Virus record (IMG/VR): IMGVR_UViG_3300045988_165521
Reading direction: 5' to 3' (one strand)
Length of the DNA stretch: 64,000 bases
Source of the DNA: a virus
Positions 1-8,642 of the stretch are shown in pieces (positions within the stretch are counted from its first letter, which is position 1; the number at the start of each line of letters is the position of its first letter). The notes beneath the pieces were generated by a model. It was given only the letters and a program-made list of their open reading frames with translations, did no database searches and was not told where the DNA came from. The position numbers and the translations under genes are program-made.

Positions 1-46
1 AATTTGGGCCATAAAAATAAAAATAAGACTTATTTATTTTTTTACT

Positions 47-57
47 CCCCCCCCCCC
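47..57. repeat. C11 homopolymer tract in intergenic DNA
   Basis: 11 consecutive C in an AT-rich spacer. Comparable tracts are C8 at 4672-4679 and G9 at 29037-29045. Confidence 0.9.
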
Positions 58-81
58 GTGATATTTTGTGATATAAACTGT

Positions 82-231
82 TTAATCATCTTCTTTATAA
101 TATTTTCCACTAATTATAAAGGATACTAAACTCAGCAATGCATATAAAGGCACTGCTGAGTTTAGCGTACTTAAAAAGAATAATGCCATAAACATTAATC
201 CTAATATGTAGAATATTTTATATATTTTCAT
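82..231 (-). CDS. small hydrophobic protein (49 aa, below ORF-track cutoff)
   Basis: ATG at 231 overlaps the upstream stop (TAATG). Translation is MKIYKIFYILGLMFMALFFLSTLNSAVPLYALLSLVSFIISGKYYKEDD, ending in TAA. Confidence 0.35.
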   Translation of the reverse strand: MKIYKIFYILGLMFMALFFLSTLNSAVPLYALLSLVSFIISGKYYKEDD

Positions 232-422
232 TACTTATCTTTGAAATATTTATCATAAATATTTTTTGCATACCACCCACAAGCAGAACCTACTATAAAG
301 CTAGTTAAAGCTAGTAAAAGACTTCCAAAGCTCATAGCTGATACAATGCCACAACCTGCTAATACTAAAGCAATTACGATTGCAGCAATAATTAATTTTG
401 TTTTTCAAGTCATTGTTTTCAT
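231..422 (-). CDS. small membrane protein (63 aa) with one in-frame TGA read as Trp
   Basis: Translation is MKTMT[W]KTKLIIAAIVIALVLAGCGIVSAMSFGSLLLALTSFIVGSACGWYAKNIYDKYFKDK. The TGA is at 405-407, and the gene is tightly packed with its neighbours. Confidence 0.4.
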
Positions 423-423
423 A

Positions 424-672
424 TTATTTATATGTTAAGTTACTATAAGTTGCCCCATTTTCAGAAACAATATAGTTTTGTTGTCCTCTATATAATGGTA
501 ATACTCCATCTTTTCAGTAAATAAAGGCATAAGCTTCATCATAATTAGGATGATCTTTCATTTTATCTTCAAATTCTTCTGGAGAACGTTCTTTTGTAAT
601 TAAACTATAATAGTCTCCTAAATCGAAATTTATTTCACCTCCATTACTTGAAATTTTTCTTAATGCAAACAT
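424..672 (-). CDS. hypothetical protein (82 aa) with one in-frame TGA
   Basis: Translation runs MFALRKISSNGGEINFDLGDYY...AYAFIY[W]KDGVLPLYRGQQNYIVSENGATYSNLTYK. The TGA is at 514-516 and the stop TAA at 424-426. Confidence 0.45.
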
Positions 673-724
673 GTATTTATATATTTATGTATTTATCAGT
701 TTATTTTAAATATATTAGAAATAT

Positions 725-1021
725 TCAAGTATAAACGTCATCTAGAATATCAATTATAACATCACAAATTGTGACATCATCTATTTCTTGATATTCCTGT
801 TTTAATAGTTCCATAATTGAAACTACCTCTTTCATTGGATTTAATATAGAGTTTTCACTACCATTAGATCCATTATTTAAAACTGCATAATATACTTTTG
901 AATCTTTAATAAAAGTTACAGCTGCATTTTTATAAAAACCATAATCTTTTAATTCAATTTTTGGAGTATCTTTATCTTGCAGTTTTGTTATTACTTTATC
1001 ATATAATTTATTGTTTTCCAT
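725..1021 (-). CDS. hypothetical protein (98 aa)
   Basis: ORF-track ORF. Its ATG at 1019-1021 overlaps the stop of the upstream hydrolase gene. Confidence 0.6.
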   Translation of the reverse strand: MENNKLYDKVITKLQDKDTPKIELKDYGFYKNAAVTFIKDSKVYYAVLNNGSNGSENSILNPMKEVVSIMELLKQEYQEIDDVTICDVIIDILDDVYT

Positions 1022-3257
1022 ACCAGTACTTATTTATAGCTTCTCCTGCTCTTATTCTTTTATTTAGATTAGGCTTTCCTGCTCTAAGAAATAATGCTTC
1101 AAATGCTTTAGTAGCTCTAGTTAGATCTCCACTTTCTCAATCCTGCCAAGCTTGCTCTGTAGTATATCCTTTGTGCATAAAAATGCTTCTTTCTCAATCT
1201 TTTAATTTGTCTATGTCTTTTTCAGATGTATTAAGAGCTTTTTGTTTATCTTTTTCGGTGGCTCTATCTCAAGGAGTTTTAAGTATTTTATTTTTTTCAT
1301 TAAATAACTCAGAAACATATTGAACTTGTAGTGCAATAGAATCTTCTCTTCCATTTAATCATTTGTTATACAATTCTAGAGCTTTTGGTTCAAACATCAT
1401 TATACCCTTTGCTGGACCCTTTTTATTTTGTTTTAACCTAGTTCATCCTTGAGTTTCGGTATATGTATTTGCTAATACTGCATTTATTTGTGAGTCATTG
1501 CCTTTAAAGTTATCTGTAACTATTTTTGCTCATTCATAGTTTGAATTTCTTACCATTATTGGTTCATATCACGTTTTCCCAGAATTATATAATGTTTCTA
1601 TATCTCCTTTCTGCCTAGCAGTTTTATATTCATTATAAAAATCTAGTGCTTTAGTTGGATTAGTCATTAAACTATCTCTAAATTCTAATTTAGATAAATC
1701 GTTATTTGTATTTCATAAACTAACATCTTTTATTAGTTTATTAATTCTTTGATCTTTTATTACATTTGAATTACCAACTATACCCTCTGAATTTAAAGGA
1801 GGAAGTTCAATCGGCTTTGAAGGATTTTGATATTTAGGTATTTTTAATCCCAACTGAGCATATAATGTAGTATCTTTCTTTTTAGTAGGCGCTTGAGCTA
1901 CATTATTAAATAAATAAAGTAAGAAATCATCACTATATCTATTCAATAAATTATATGTATTCTCTTTATTATAATGTGGAGTAACTGTAGACTCTTCAGG
2001 TACAATTTTATATTCGGGATTAAATGGTTCTGATTGAATTATCTTTCCATCTTTATCAAATTGTGATACTGAGAAACTACCTTTACCTTCTGAATTTTTA
2101 AGTCTATTTGTAAGAGTATAATGATCTAAATGTTCCTTCTTAATATTTTGTATTTCTTCTTTAGTAAATTTATGATTAGGATCTGCATTAATACTATATC
2201 TTAACTGCATTAATCTAGCATAAATTTCTTGAGGATTATCTAAATATTCATCAGGAACGATTGTTTTATTATCATAGACAGTATCTCCAAAATTATCTTG
2301 ATACTTCTTAATTACTTTCTCTTGTGCATCAGGTAAACTACTATGAGTTCATTCATGAATTGCAGTACTAGTTGATCCATCTGTTAAAAATATTCTTCTA
2401 CCAAACGGATAATAAACTCCTGAAGCATTATCAGGGACTTTACTCGGATTTATCTTTGCTCTAGTAAGATCTAAATTTCTTTTAAGTGCATTAAATACTA
2501 AAGATTCAGTTACAGGGAGAGGAATTGGTAGAACTTGTTTAACATTTTGTTTTACTAAACCTTTACGTGATTTATATCAATCTTCAAGCCACTGTTTTCC
2601 TTCTTGAATTCCTCCTTGTTGAAATTTTAATACTCCTCCATGTTTAGCAGAAGCTATAACTTGATTTAAAATATTTGCATATCTTGGATCTGTAGCATAT
2701 CCTCCTCTATGAACTCTATTTGCAAATTCTTTTATATCTCCAGAGAATGCGTTATAACGTTTATTATTTAATAGATCAATTTTAAAGTTTGCATAATCTT
2801 CAAGTGATTTGAAATTTCTAAATTGATCATTTATATAAATATCCTTACCATTAATAACTTCTCTAGTTCGTTTAGTTGTTCCCTTTCCTTTAATACCTCC
2901 AAAATTATATGATCCTGCAGGTTTAGAACCTCAAGCTGATTCTAATCCGTCTTGTGCTACTAATGATTTAGCAAATGCAGGATTTAAACCTTTTGATTTT
3001 AATAATCTTTCATAAATAGGAAGCATTGTATCTTTGAAATCCTTTTTAGAATTGAATTTATGAACTGTAGTTTCTTGAACTATTGGTTCTGGATTTCTTA
3101 TCTCTTCTACTTGAGATTGTACTTCTGTCTCTGTATCATCTTCCAAAGGTTGAGAATATCTGGGTTTATATACAGGTATTTCAAGATTTGGAATTTGAAT
3201 ATTAATATCTCCTAAAGCACTATCTCGTATGAATGGTCTGTATGTGATATCGTTCAT
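1008..3257 (-). CDS. multi-domain peptidoglycan hydrolase-like protein (about 749 aa), translated with TGA=Trp
   Basis: One 750-codon frame is interrupted only by TGA (about ten; no TAA or TAG). Track fragments 2931..3257 and 1713..2210 are in the same frame. LVAQDGLESA[W]GSKPAGSYNFGGIKGKG resembles a glucosaminidase/FlgJ-type motif, and AIHE[W]TH is an HExxH motif. Confidence 0.8.
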
Positions 3258-3298
3258 AATAATTGTTTTATATTATTTTGCAAATATATACATTATTT

Positions 3299-3658
3299 TT
3301 ATAAATCACAAATTACAGCACCTATTTCTGGATCTAATTTACAACGATTTGAATTCTCTAATTCAGAAATTCTAGATGTTAAATTATCTACTTTATTTTC
3401 TAATTCAGAAACTTTAGATAATAAATAACTTGTTACGCTTTCTAAAGCTGCGATTCTTTGTTCTAATTCATTTTTTATATTAGTTGCTGTAGTACCTACT
3501 GAGTTTGCCATAGCACTCGCTACCCCTATAGTACTTACCATACCTATATATGGATTAGGTGTTGTATTAATTATACTTCCAGGAAATGAAATAGTACCCG
3601 ACAAATCTGCTGTAGTCTTATCTGTTATAGTCATATTTGTTGTATCCATATTATGCAA
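3299..3658 (-). CDS. hypothetical coiled-coil protein (119 aa)
   Basis: ORF-track ORF. The C-terminal half has heptad-like repeats (ELEQRIAALESVTSYLLSKVSELENKVDNLTSRISELE). The start overlaps the upstream stop. Confidence 0.6.
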   Translation of the reverse strand: MHNMDTTNMTITDKTTADLSGTISFPGSIINTTPNPYIGMVSTIGVASAMANSVGTTATNIKNELEQRIAALESVTSYLLSKVSELENKVDNLTSRISELENSNRCKLDPEIGAVICDL

Positions 3659-4394
3659 AATTAAAATCAGAATTAGTATTTAATCTACTTAAAAGTTTTT
3701 CATTTTCTTGTTTTAATTTCATAATTTCCTTACGTAGATTTTTAATATCTTCTGAATGTTTTTCAATCTGTTCTGAATGTTGATCTACTTTTTGATTTAC
3801 AAATAAGATTGCTTGACATACTAAAGATAAATCAATAAGTTTAGCAGATTTACGTAATCCTGATATTTTATCTAAAGCAGATGTTCTACTTGTAATTAAA
3901 ATACCTTTATCTTCTAATTGTCTAAATACTCTAGTTAATACTTTAGTACTTATGTCCATTTTTGCTGCAAGTTCTTTATTAGTTTTAGTTGTAATAGCAA
4001 ATTGTCCATCATTTGTACTAGTGTATTGTTGCATTGCTAATAGAACTCCTTTTTCTTCAGGAGTAGTATTCTCAGCATCCATAAACTCGTAAGTAAATCT
4101 TTCAAAATATCTTCCCGATTTTTGAATCTCATAAATATTACTCCTACCTTTTTTCTTTTCTAGAATTTTAATTTCACCTGCTGCATTTAGTTTTTTAATA
4201 CTACTTTGCACTGTATTAATAGATACTCTTGCTAATTCTGCAAGAGTTCTTAGTGAAACAAAAGTTTGGAATGTATCTTTATCCATATTTTTTCTCATAT
4301 AACCATAAATGAGATAATCAGTAGGATTCATTTTAATTTCTTTTGCAACCCCCAAATCATGAGGGACTTGAATGTGTTGTACTTTATTATCCAT
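3651..4394 (-). CDS. winged-helix DNA-binding protein, candidate replication initiator or regulator
   Basis: Two HTH-like segments (LRTLAELARVSINTVQSSIKKLNAAGEI and NKELAAKMDISTKVLTRVFRQLEDKGIL) plus a C-terminal coiled coil. The gene abuts the iteron-like repeats at 4512-4601. Confidence 0.65.
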   Translation of the reverse strand: MDNKVQHIQVPHDLGVAKEIKMNPTDYLIYGYMRKNMDKDTFQTFVSLRTLAELARVSINTVQSSIKKLNAAGEIKILEKKKGRSNIYEIQKSGRYFERFTYEFMDAENTTPEEKGVLLAMQQYTSTNDGQFAITTKTNKELAAKMDISTKVLTRVFRQLEDKGILITSRTSALDKISGLRKSAKLIDLSLVCQAILFVNQKVDQHSEQIEKHSEDIKNLRKEIMKLKQENEKLLSRLNTNSDFNFA

Positions 4395-4899
4395 AAATTA
4401 ATATTTTTAATATTACAAAGATATAACATTTATTTAATATTACCAAATATTTATACCAATATTTATTTAAAGTGTATAAGAATTTGATATAGTACATTCA
4501 ATTTAAAAATAGCCCTGGGAGATACACTAAGGTGTCGTTTTTGATACACCTATTTTAAAAAAGTGCCCTGGGAGATACACTTATATGCCCTGGGAGATAC
4601 CTATCTATATATGTTCTCGCTTCGCGGAGGCGCTCGAACAGATCTATATACCTGTTGGGTTGTTTAAACAACCCCCCCCATTGAGTTTAGAAAAAGAGAT
4701 TTGTGTATGGATATCATGTATACATACGAATATTGTATATATTGTATACACATATGGATACTCTATTAAAACTCCCCCTGGGGGTTTCAGATGGAAAATC
4801 GAAATTTTTTCGAGTAAAATATTTCTGACAAAAGTTCTATTTTTAGAAACCAAAGCATCTGAACTGTCTATATGTTAAACTTTTTCATCTAATACCATT
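4395..4899. promoter_or_regulatory. divergent intergenic control region, origin-like
   Basis: It lies between the minus-strand and plus-strand gene blocks. It contains 3 direct repeats, a CCCCCTGGGGG near-palindrome (4774-4784), a C8 tract and AT-rich TGTATAC palindromes. Confidence 0.4.
4512..4601 (+). repeat. three direct repeats GCCCTGGGAGATAC (iteron-like)
   Basis: Copies are at 4512-4527, 4565-4580 and 4587-4601. GATACAC recurs at 4542-4549. Confidence 0.85.
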
Positions 4900-5352
4900 A
4901 TGAAAAACATCGCACTTATCAAATCGATCGTCGCTACTTCCATTTCGTCGGCAAACCCTGCTGAGCTCACTGAGCACATAGCAGCTCTCATTCAGGCTCA
5001 TCCTGAAGAGACTCGAGAGAACGCGCTTGCCATCCTCACTGGCACTGCAGAACTCACGGTTCGTCCTGTAGACCAGGTTGAACTGACCTGCAACAGCAGC
5101 AACTACACCAACCTCTCGTTCATGGGCGAGCCTACCGTAAATCTGCTCGAAGGAACGGTTTGTTGCTCTATCAACTACACACGAACCGAAACTCGCTGGT
5201 ACAAGACCGAGGAAGACGCCAATGCTCGAAGGAACGGCAGCTACAACCATGACGACTATGTCATCGCGCGCGAGAAAGCGTATGAAGACTCTACGAGTGT
5301 AACATTCGACATCCGCGAGTGGAACACTGGCAAGGTCGTGTGGAAACGCTAA
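4900..5352 (+). CDS. hypothetical protein (150 aa), GC-richer codon usage
   Basis: ORF-track ORF with an ATG start, followed by a strong hairpin plus T-run. G+C is visibly higher than in the flanks. Confidence 0.7.
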   Translation: MKNIALIKSIVATSISSANPAELTEHIAALIQAHPEETRENALAILTGTAELTVRPVDQVELTCNSSNYTNLSFMGEPTVNLLEGTVCCSINYTRTETRWYKTEEDANARRNGSYNHDDYVIAREKAYEDSTSVTFDIREWNTGKVVWKR

Positions 5353-5360
5353 CCACCTCA

Positions 5361-5397
5361 ATCTATCTCGGAGAAATCCGAGATAGATTTTTTTTTC
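5361..5397 (+). terminator. rho-independent terminator
   Basis: Hairpin ATCTATCTCGGA-gaaa-TCCGAGATAGAT followed by T9. Confidence 0.85.
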
Positions 5398-5469
5398 TTT
5401 TTACCAAAATATCTGAATATTATTTAGATAGCAATAGTGCTTCTCGGAAACTCATCAAACTATCAAACC

Positions 5470-5670
5470 ATGGTACAGACTGTTTTTCACAACCTGCTCA
5501 TCGAAGCAGAATCTATGTCGGATGTTCACAATTGTGGCACTGCTCGACCTCGTTACACTTATCAGGAGCCGCTCAAGCTGCAGAACGTCGACAAGGTCAC
5601 GGAAGAAGACCGTGCACTCATGGATGTTGCTCGCGATATGTGGGCAGGTGTAATCAAGAAAGGGCTTTGA
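5470..5670 (+). CDS. hypothetical protein (66 aa from the ATG; the track start 5437 is GTG)
   Basis: ORF-track ORF 5437..5670. The first ATG is at 5470. The stop is a TGA lying in the loop of the terminator hairpin. Confidence 0.55.
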   Translation: MVQTVFHNLLIEAESMSDVHNCGTARPRYTYQEPLKLQNVDKVTEEDRALMDVARDMWAGVIKKGL

Positions 5671-5681
5671 GCCCTTTCTTT
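5656..5681 (+). terminator. terminator-like hairpin
   Basis: Hairpin AAGAAAGGGC-tttga-GCCCTTTCTT. The loop contains the TGA stop of the preceding ORF. Confidence 0.6.
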
Positions 5682-5694
5682 AATAGCTTTTGCT

Positions 5695-5865
5695 ATGGAT
5701 GACAGAACCCAACGTGTTGCAGATGAAATAGCTTCTATTGAAGCTATTTCTCACAACACTGTAAAAGCTTTATCGACTGTTACTACTCCGCTCAATGTAA
5801 TTGTTGAGATGTACATTGCAGGACTCGAAGCTAAGCTACAAGCACTTCGAGCACTGGTCAAATAA
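5695..5865 (+). CDS. small hypothetical protein (56 aa)
   Basis: Translation is MDDRTQRVADEIASIEAISHNTVKALSTVTTPLNVIVEMYIAGLEAKLQALRALVK. It is in the same frame as the preceding ORF. Confidence 0.4.
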   Translation: MDDRTQRVADEIASIEAISHNTVKALSTVTTPLNVIVEMYIAGLEAKLQALRALVK

Positions 5866-5926
5866 CAAAAGCTACTGAAAGGTAGCGAATCACTAACTAA
5901 TCATTCATCTTTAACTCATCACGTTT

Positions 5927-6460
5927 ATGAAACAATTAAAAGGCGCCAAGAGGGCCGAAATGCTGCAGGATGCAGTCAACAGGGGATTCGATGACGTAAC
6001 TGTCGAGATCTTGAAGTCGAAGACTATTTTTACCCAGAACTTGCTGTTGAAGGGTGATACGGTCGAGTTTGAGGACTTCGATATCCAGCTCATCAAGCAG
6101 GGGAAGGAATTTAAGACCGTCAACAAAGACGGTGAGGAGATTACCGTTCGGGGTCTCATGATCCTTTGCTGCATCAACGGAGTGTGGCGCTGGTTCCCGC
6201 TCAGCACGTTTCAGCGCGGTTGTCAGATCGCACCTGAAGGTCGCACGGACTACATGGAGGCCATTCGCGAGAAACACGACCTCAATCTGCGCATACTCAC
6301 CTGCGGTGATGCGTTGGAGGTCGCCCAACTCCTCGCAGGCAAGCGGCTCAAAGTCACGGAGAACCAGTCCTTTAAGTTCCAGCGGTTCAACAAGGACCGT
6401 GAGAAGCTGGAGGGAGAGTTTGACCTCAAACCAGTCTCGTTATTCGAGGAACTGGCATAA
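5927..6460 (+). CDS. hypothetical protein (177 aa), GC-richer
   Basis: ORF-track ORF with an ATG start and its own downstream terminator. Confidence 0.7.
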   Translation: MKQLKGAKRAEMLQDAVNRGFDDVTVEILKSKTIFTQNLLLKGDTVEFEDFDIQLIKQGKEFKTVNKDGEEITVRGLMILCCINGVWRWFPLSTFQRGCQIAPEGRTDYMEAIREKHDLNLRILTCGDALEVAQLLAGKRLKVTENQSFKFQRFNKDREKLEGEFDLKPVSLFEELA

Positions 6461-6465
6461 TAACT

Positions 6466-6502
6466 GGAGAGTGGGGAGCAATCCCTGCTCTCCTTCTTTT
6501 TT
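6466..6502 (+). terminator. rho-independent terminator
   Basis: Stem GGAGAG...CTCTCC enclosing GGGGA-gcaa-TCCCT, followed by a T-run. Confidence 0.75.
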
Positions 6503-6619
6503 CCATCAACCAAAGCCACCAACAGATACCAAAGCTCCCGACAAGTTCGTAGTACATCACAAGTATAAAATAAACGTGATTGTAGTACATAGAAGTTTAA
6601 TTTAATTTATTTATAAAAC

Positions 6620-7093
6620 ATGAAAATTTCTGAAGTAAAAAATCTGCCGAAGATTGCAGCTCCTGGTGGGCGTGTAGTAGCAGAAGTGTCTCCCGAATTC
6701 CTGAAGGAAAAGGGTATAGGTATAGTAACCTACGGTATCGCACCGAATGAAGTTGTCGAATTTCCTGACACGGAAGCTGATATTCAGCTTTTCACTCGTA
6801 CTGTTCGTCCGAACAGTGATGCAGTTGAAACACTGCTCGTAGTGAAACGAAACGGTCAGGACGGCTATTTCTCGGTCGCAGCACTTCGTCGCATGGACTA
6901 TCAGGGCAACTTCGTCGGTCCTGTATGTAAGGATCTGCAGAAGGCAGAGAATGACTACGATCGTGTAGTCAAGACGTGTGGCAAGAAGCTGACGTGCAAG
7001 GAGATGACGAAGATCAAGGTTCGTAAGTTCAACAACGGTGTCGCAACCGATGAACTGACCGAGCGCGAAGTACCCGTTCTCGAGTATGCGTAA
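6620..7093 (+). CDS. hypothetical protein (157 aa), GC-richer
   Basis: ORF-track ORF with an ATG start and a long hairpin downstream. Confidence 0.7.
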   Translation: MKISEVKNLPKIAAPGGRVVAEVSPEFLKEKGIGIVTYGIAPNEVVEFPDTEADIQLFTRTVRPNSDAVETLLVVKRNGQDGYFSVAALRRMDYQGNFVGPVCKDLQKAENDYDRVVKTCGKKLTCKEMTKIKVRKFNNGVATDELTEREVPVLEYA

Positions 7094-7103
7094 CGGTCAA
7101 ATT

Positions 7104-7141
7104 ACAGTTAAGGGGTCGTGAGTACGGCCTCTTAACTGTTT
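7104..7141 (+). terminator. terminator-like long hairpin
   Basis: ACAGTTAAGGGG...CCTCTTAACTGT. The trailing T-run is weak. Confidence 0.5.
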
Positions 7142-7263
7142 AGAAACTAATATGGGTAGAATATATGTAGCTAATGCAGATAGCTGATATAGTAATCCAG
7201 AAAGTTTCTGAGTCCTTGAAAAAGGACGGTATGACATGTGGTACATTGTACGATGTGTCCATT

Positions 7264-7293
7264 GTCTATAAGTCTTTGATCGGACTTATAGGC
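7264..7293 (+). repeat. conserved-loop hairpin, copy A
   Basis: Stem CTATAAGTC/GACTTATAG around loop TTTGATCG. Confidence 0.8.
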
Positions 7294-7331
7294 CCTAGTG
7301 ATGATTTGATGAGTTTAGATGATTAGTGACC

Positions 7332-7368
7332 GTGGGAAGAGAAGTGATGAGCTCTTCCCACATTTTTA
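7332..7368 (+). terminator. rho-independent terminator
   Basis: Hairpin GTGGGAAGAG-aagtgatga-CTCTTCCCAC followed by ATTTTT. Confidence 0.75.
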
Positions 7369-7377
7369 TTAAAGATT

Positions 7378-7524
7378 ATGGATGCAATTAAAGTAATACT
7401 CGGTATAATCTTTGGCTTGATTATGCTTGGATGGATTGCTACAGTAATAGTCATGGCTTGTGGTCCTTGGGCAGCTGTAGTAATTGCCGCGATCGCTTTA
7501 ACTATATATCTTAACCGAGATTAA
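7378..7524 (+). CDS. small membrane protein (48 aa, below cutoff)
   Basis: Translation is MDAIKVILGIIFGLIMLGWIATVIVMACGPWAAVVIAAIALTIYLNRD. Confidence 0.4.
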   Translation: MDAIKVILGIIFGLIMLGWIATVIVMACGPWAAVVIAAIALTIYLNRD

Positions 7525-8180
7525 CTGCGATTGCATAGTAATAATAGTTCTTTGACATATTGACATGACAAAATGACAGAAACACCTGACAAAATGTCAT
7601 GTTGTGACTGAAGTAGAGGGTGAAGTGATCGGTGTAAGTCGTTGATTATCACACTGTTATTCATCCTCTACTCTTTTTAAAACTGTCAATTTGTCAGACC
7701 AACTTCCTTCATGTAAAATATCTATTATTCTCACATTCAGAAAGTTACTCCTCAATAATAATAATTTCAATTACTATTTTGAAGTTTAAACAATCGCTTT
7801 TGGTAATATTAGTTATTTTATAATTTGACAATTCAAAGTTTCAAACTTTAAACATACATAAACTCGAAATCCTGCTGATGATTACCAGAAACTAATGTCT
7901 GGATTTACTATGATTAGTTTACCTAATGTAAGTAGGGTTTAAACGAGTATAAATAAGACCCGAAATTGGCTTTTCACACTCGTCGAATAGTGTAAGGGAG
8001 CGAAGTACAGTAGGTCGACAAGTAATGTATATATTCCTTAACTGACTGTCACAAAGGAAGTGAGTACATTATGAGTTATATTATTGCTCAAGACGGTAGT
8101 AATAATTATTTAATGAATTGTGGAAGCGATATCTTTTCCAAATCACAATGGAACTTGGAGTTTCAAACATTAATCTATAT
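7525..8180 (+). ncRNA. ORF-free block A, candidate structured RNA or regulatory region
   Basis: No ORF of at least 60 aa in any frame. It contains a long hairpin (AGTAGAGGGTGAA...TTCATCCTCTACT plus T-run) and ends at a tRNA-like gene. Confidence 0.3.
7553..7696 (+). promoter_or_regulatory. cluster of TGACA/TGTCA pentamers, operator-like
   Basis: TGACA occurs at 7553, 7561, 7566, 7574 and 7587. The palindrome TGACAaaaTGTCA is at 7587-7599, and TGTCA recurs at 7684 and 7692. Confidence 0.45.
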
Positions 8181-8267
8181 CGCGGAGTGTATTGCGCATG
8201 GTAACTGGATAACCAGCCTGGGCCACGCATAACCCAGGAGATTCAGGTTCGAATCCTGACTCCGCAA
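8181..8267 (+). tRNA. tRNA-like gene with initiator-type hallmarks, an expanded D region and a 10-nt anticodon loop
   Basis: Acceptor CGCGGAG/CTCCGCA has a C1xA72 mismatch. The T arm is TCAGG-TTCGAAT-CCTGA. Stem CTGGG/CCCAG (three G-C pairs) encloses CCACGCATAA, which contains CAT. It is about 12 nt longer than a class I tRNA. Confidence 0.5.
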
Positions 8268-8355
8268 CTAATTTTCTTCATTATGGCATTTTTTATCTCT
8301 TTTAATTGCTCTTGTAATTATTATAGTATGAAAACGTAAGGAATAAATATTGGAT

Positions 8356-8440
8356 GCCGAGATGGCGAAATGGCAGCCGCAGGGGACTTAAAATCCCCTG
8401 GTCAGTAATGGCCGTACGGGTTCGACTCCCGTTCTCGGTA
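8356..8440 (+). tRNA. tRNA-Leu(TAA), class II
   Basis: Acceptor GCCGAGA/TCTCGGT (G1-U72). Anticodon arm is GGGGA-CTTAAAA-TCCCC, with a long variable arm and T arm ACGGG-TTCGACT-CCCGT. Confidence 0.9.
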
Positions 8441-8642
8441 CAAAAAATCCTATGAGTTCTGCAGAGCTTACATAGGTCGCATATGTGCCTCATCAGCCTT
8501 ATGTATGAGATAATAAGAGTGATTCTCAAACTTGATTAGGAAAATAGTTTTTTCTAGTTAGTGATTCTAAGTTATCCAGTGTACAATGAGATTATATGAA
8601 TCTTTTTAATAAAAGTCTAACAAAATTTTAATTTTAAATAAT

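Noticed and set aside
961-1323. Plus-strand ORF 961..1323, and similar ORFs at 4266..4487, 4585..4878 and 4644..4853.
   Set aside because: The first is antisense to the long TGA-recoded hydrolase frame. The others lie in the repeat-rich intergenic control region and give low-complexity peptides.
4512-4601. Possible CRISPR array formed by the GCCCTGGGAGATAC repeats.
   Set aside because: There are only three short copies with irregular spacing (53 and 22 nt) and no cas genes. They fit iterons or operators better.
5437-5865. Single fused ORF 5437..5865 obtained by reading the TGA at 5668-5670 as Trp (the two ORFs are in the same frame).
   Set aside because: The TGA sits in the loop of a terminator-like hairpin and the downstream ORF has its own ATG. 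The fusion is kept only as a possible read-through product in the dual-use finding.
4885-6605. Antisense or overlapping ORFs in the GC-richer region (4885..5361 -, 5319..5702 +, 5911..6207 -, 5936..6328 -, 6250..6522 -, 6306..6605 +).
   Set aside because: Higher G+C removes stop codons in all frames. The plus-strand genes chosen have ATG starts and are followed by plus-strand hairpin/T-run terminators, and the alternatives cut across those terminators.
8302-8529. Minus-strand ORFs overlapping tRNA genes (8302..8529, 10352..10579, 13429..13656, 31384..31620, 32473..32730, 33376..33564, 45315..45509).
   Set aside because: They run antisense through well-formed tRNA genes. Their peptides are the typical tRNA-antisense artefacts, and they have no independent support.
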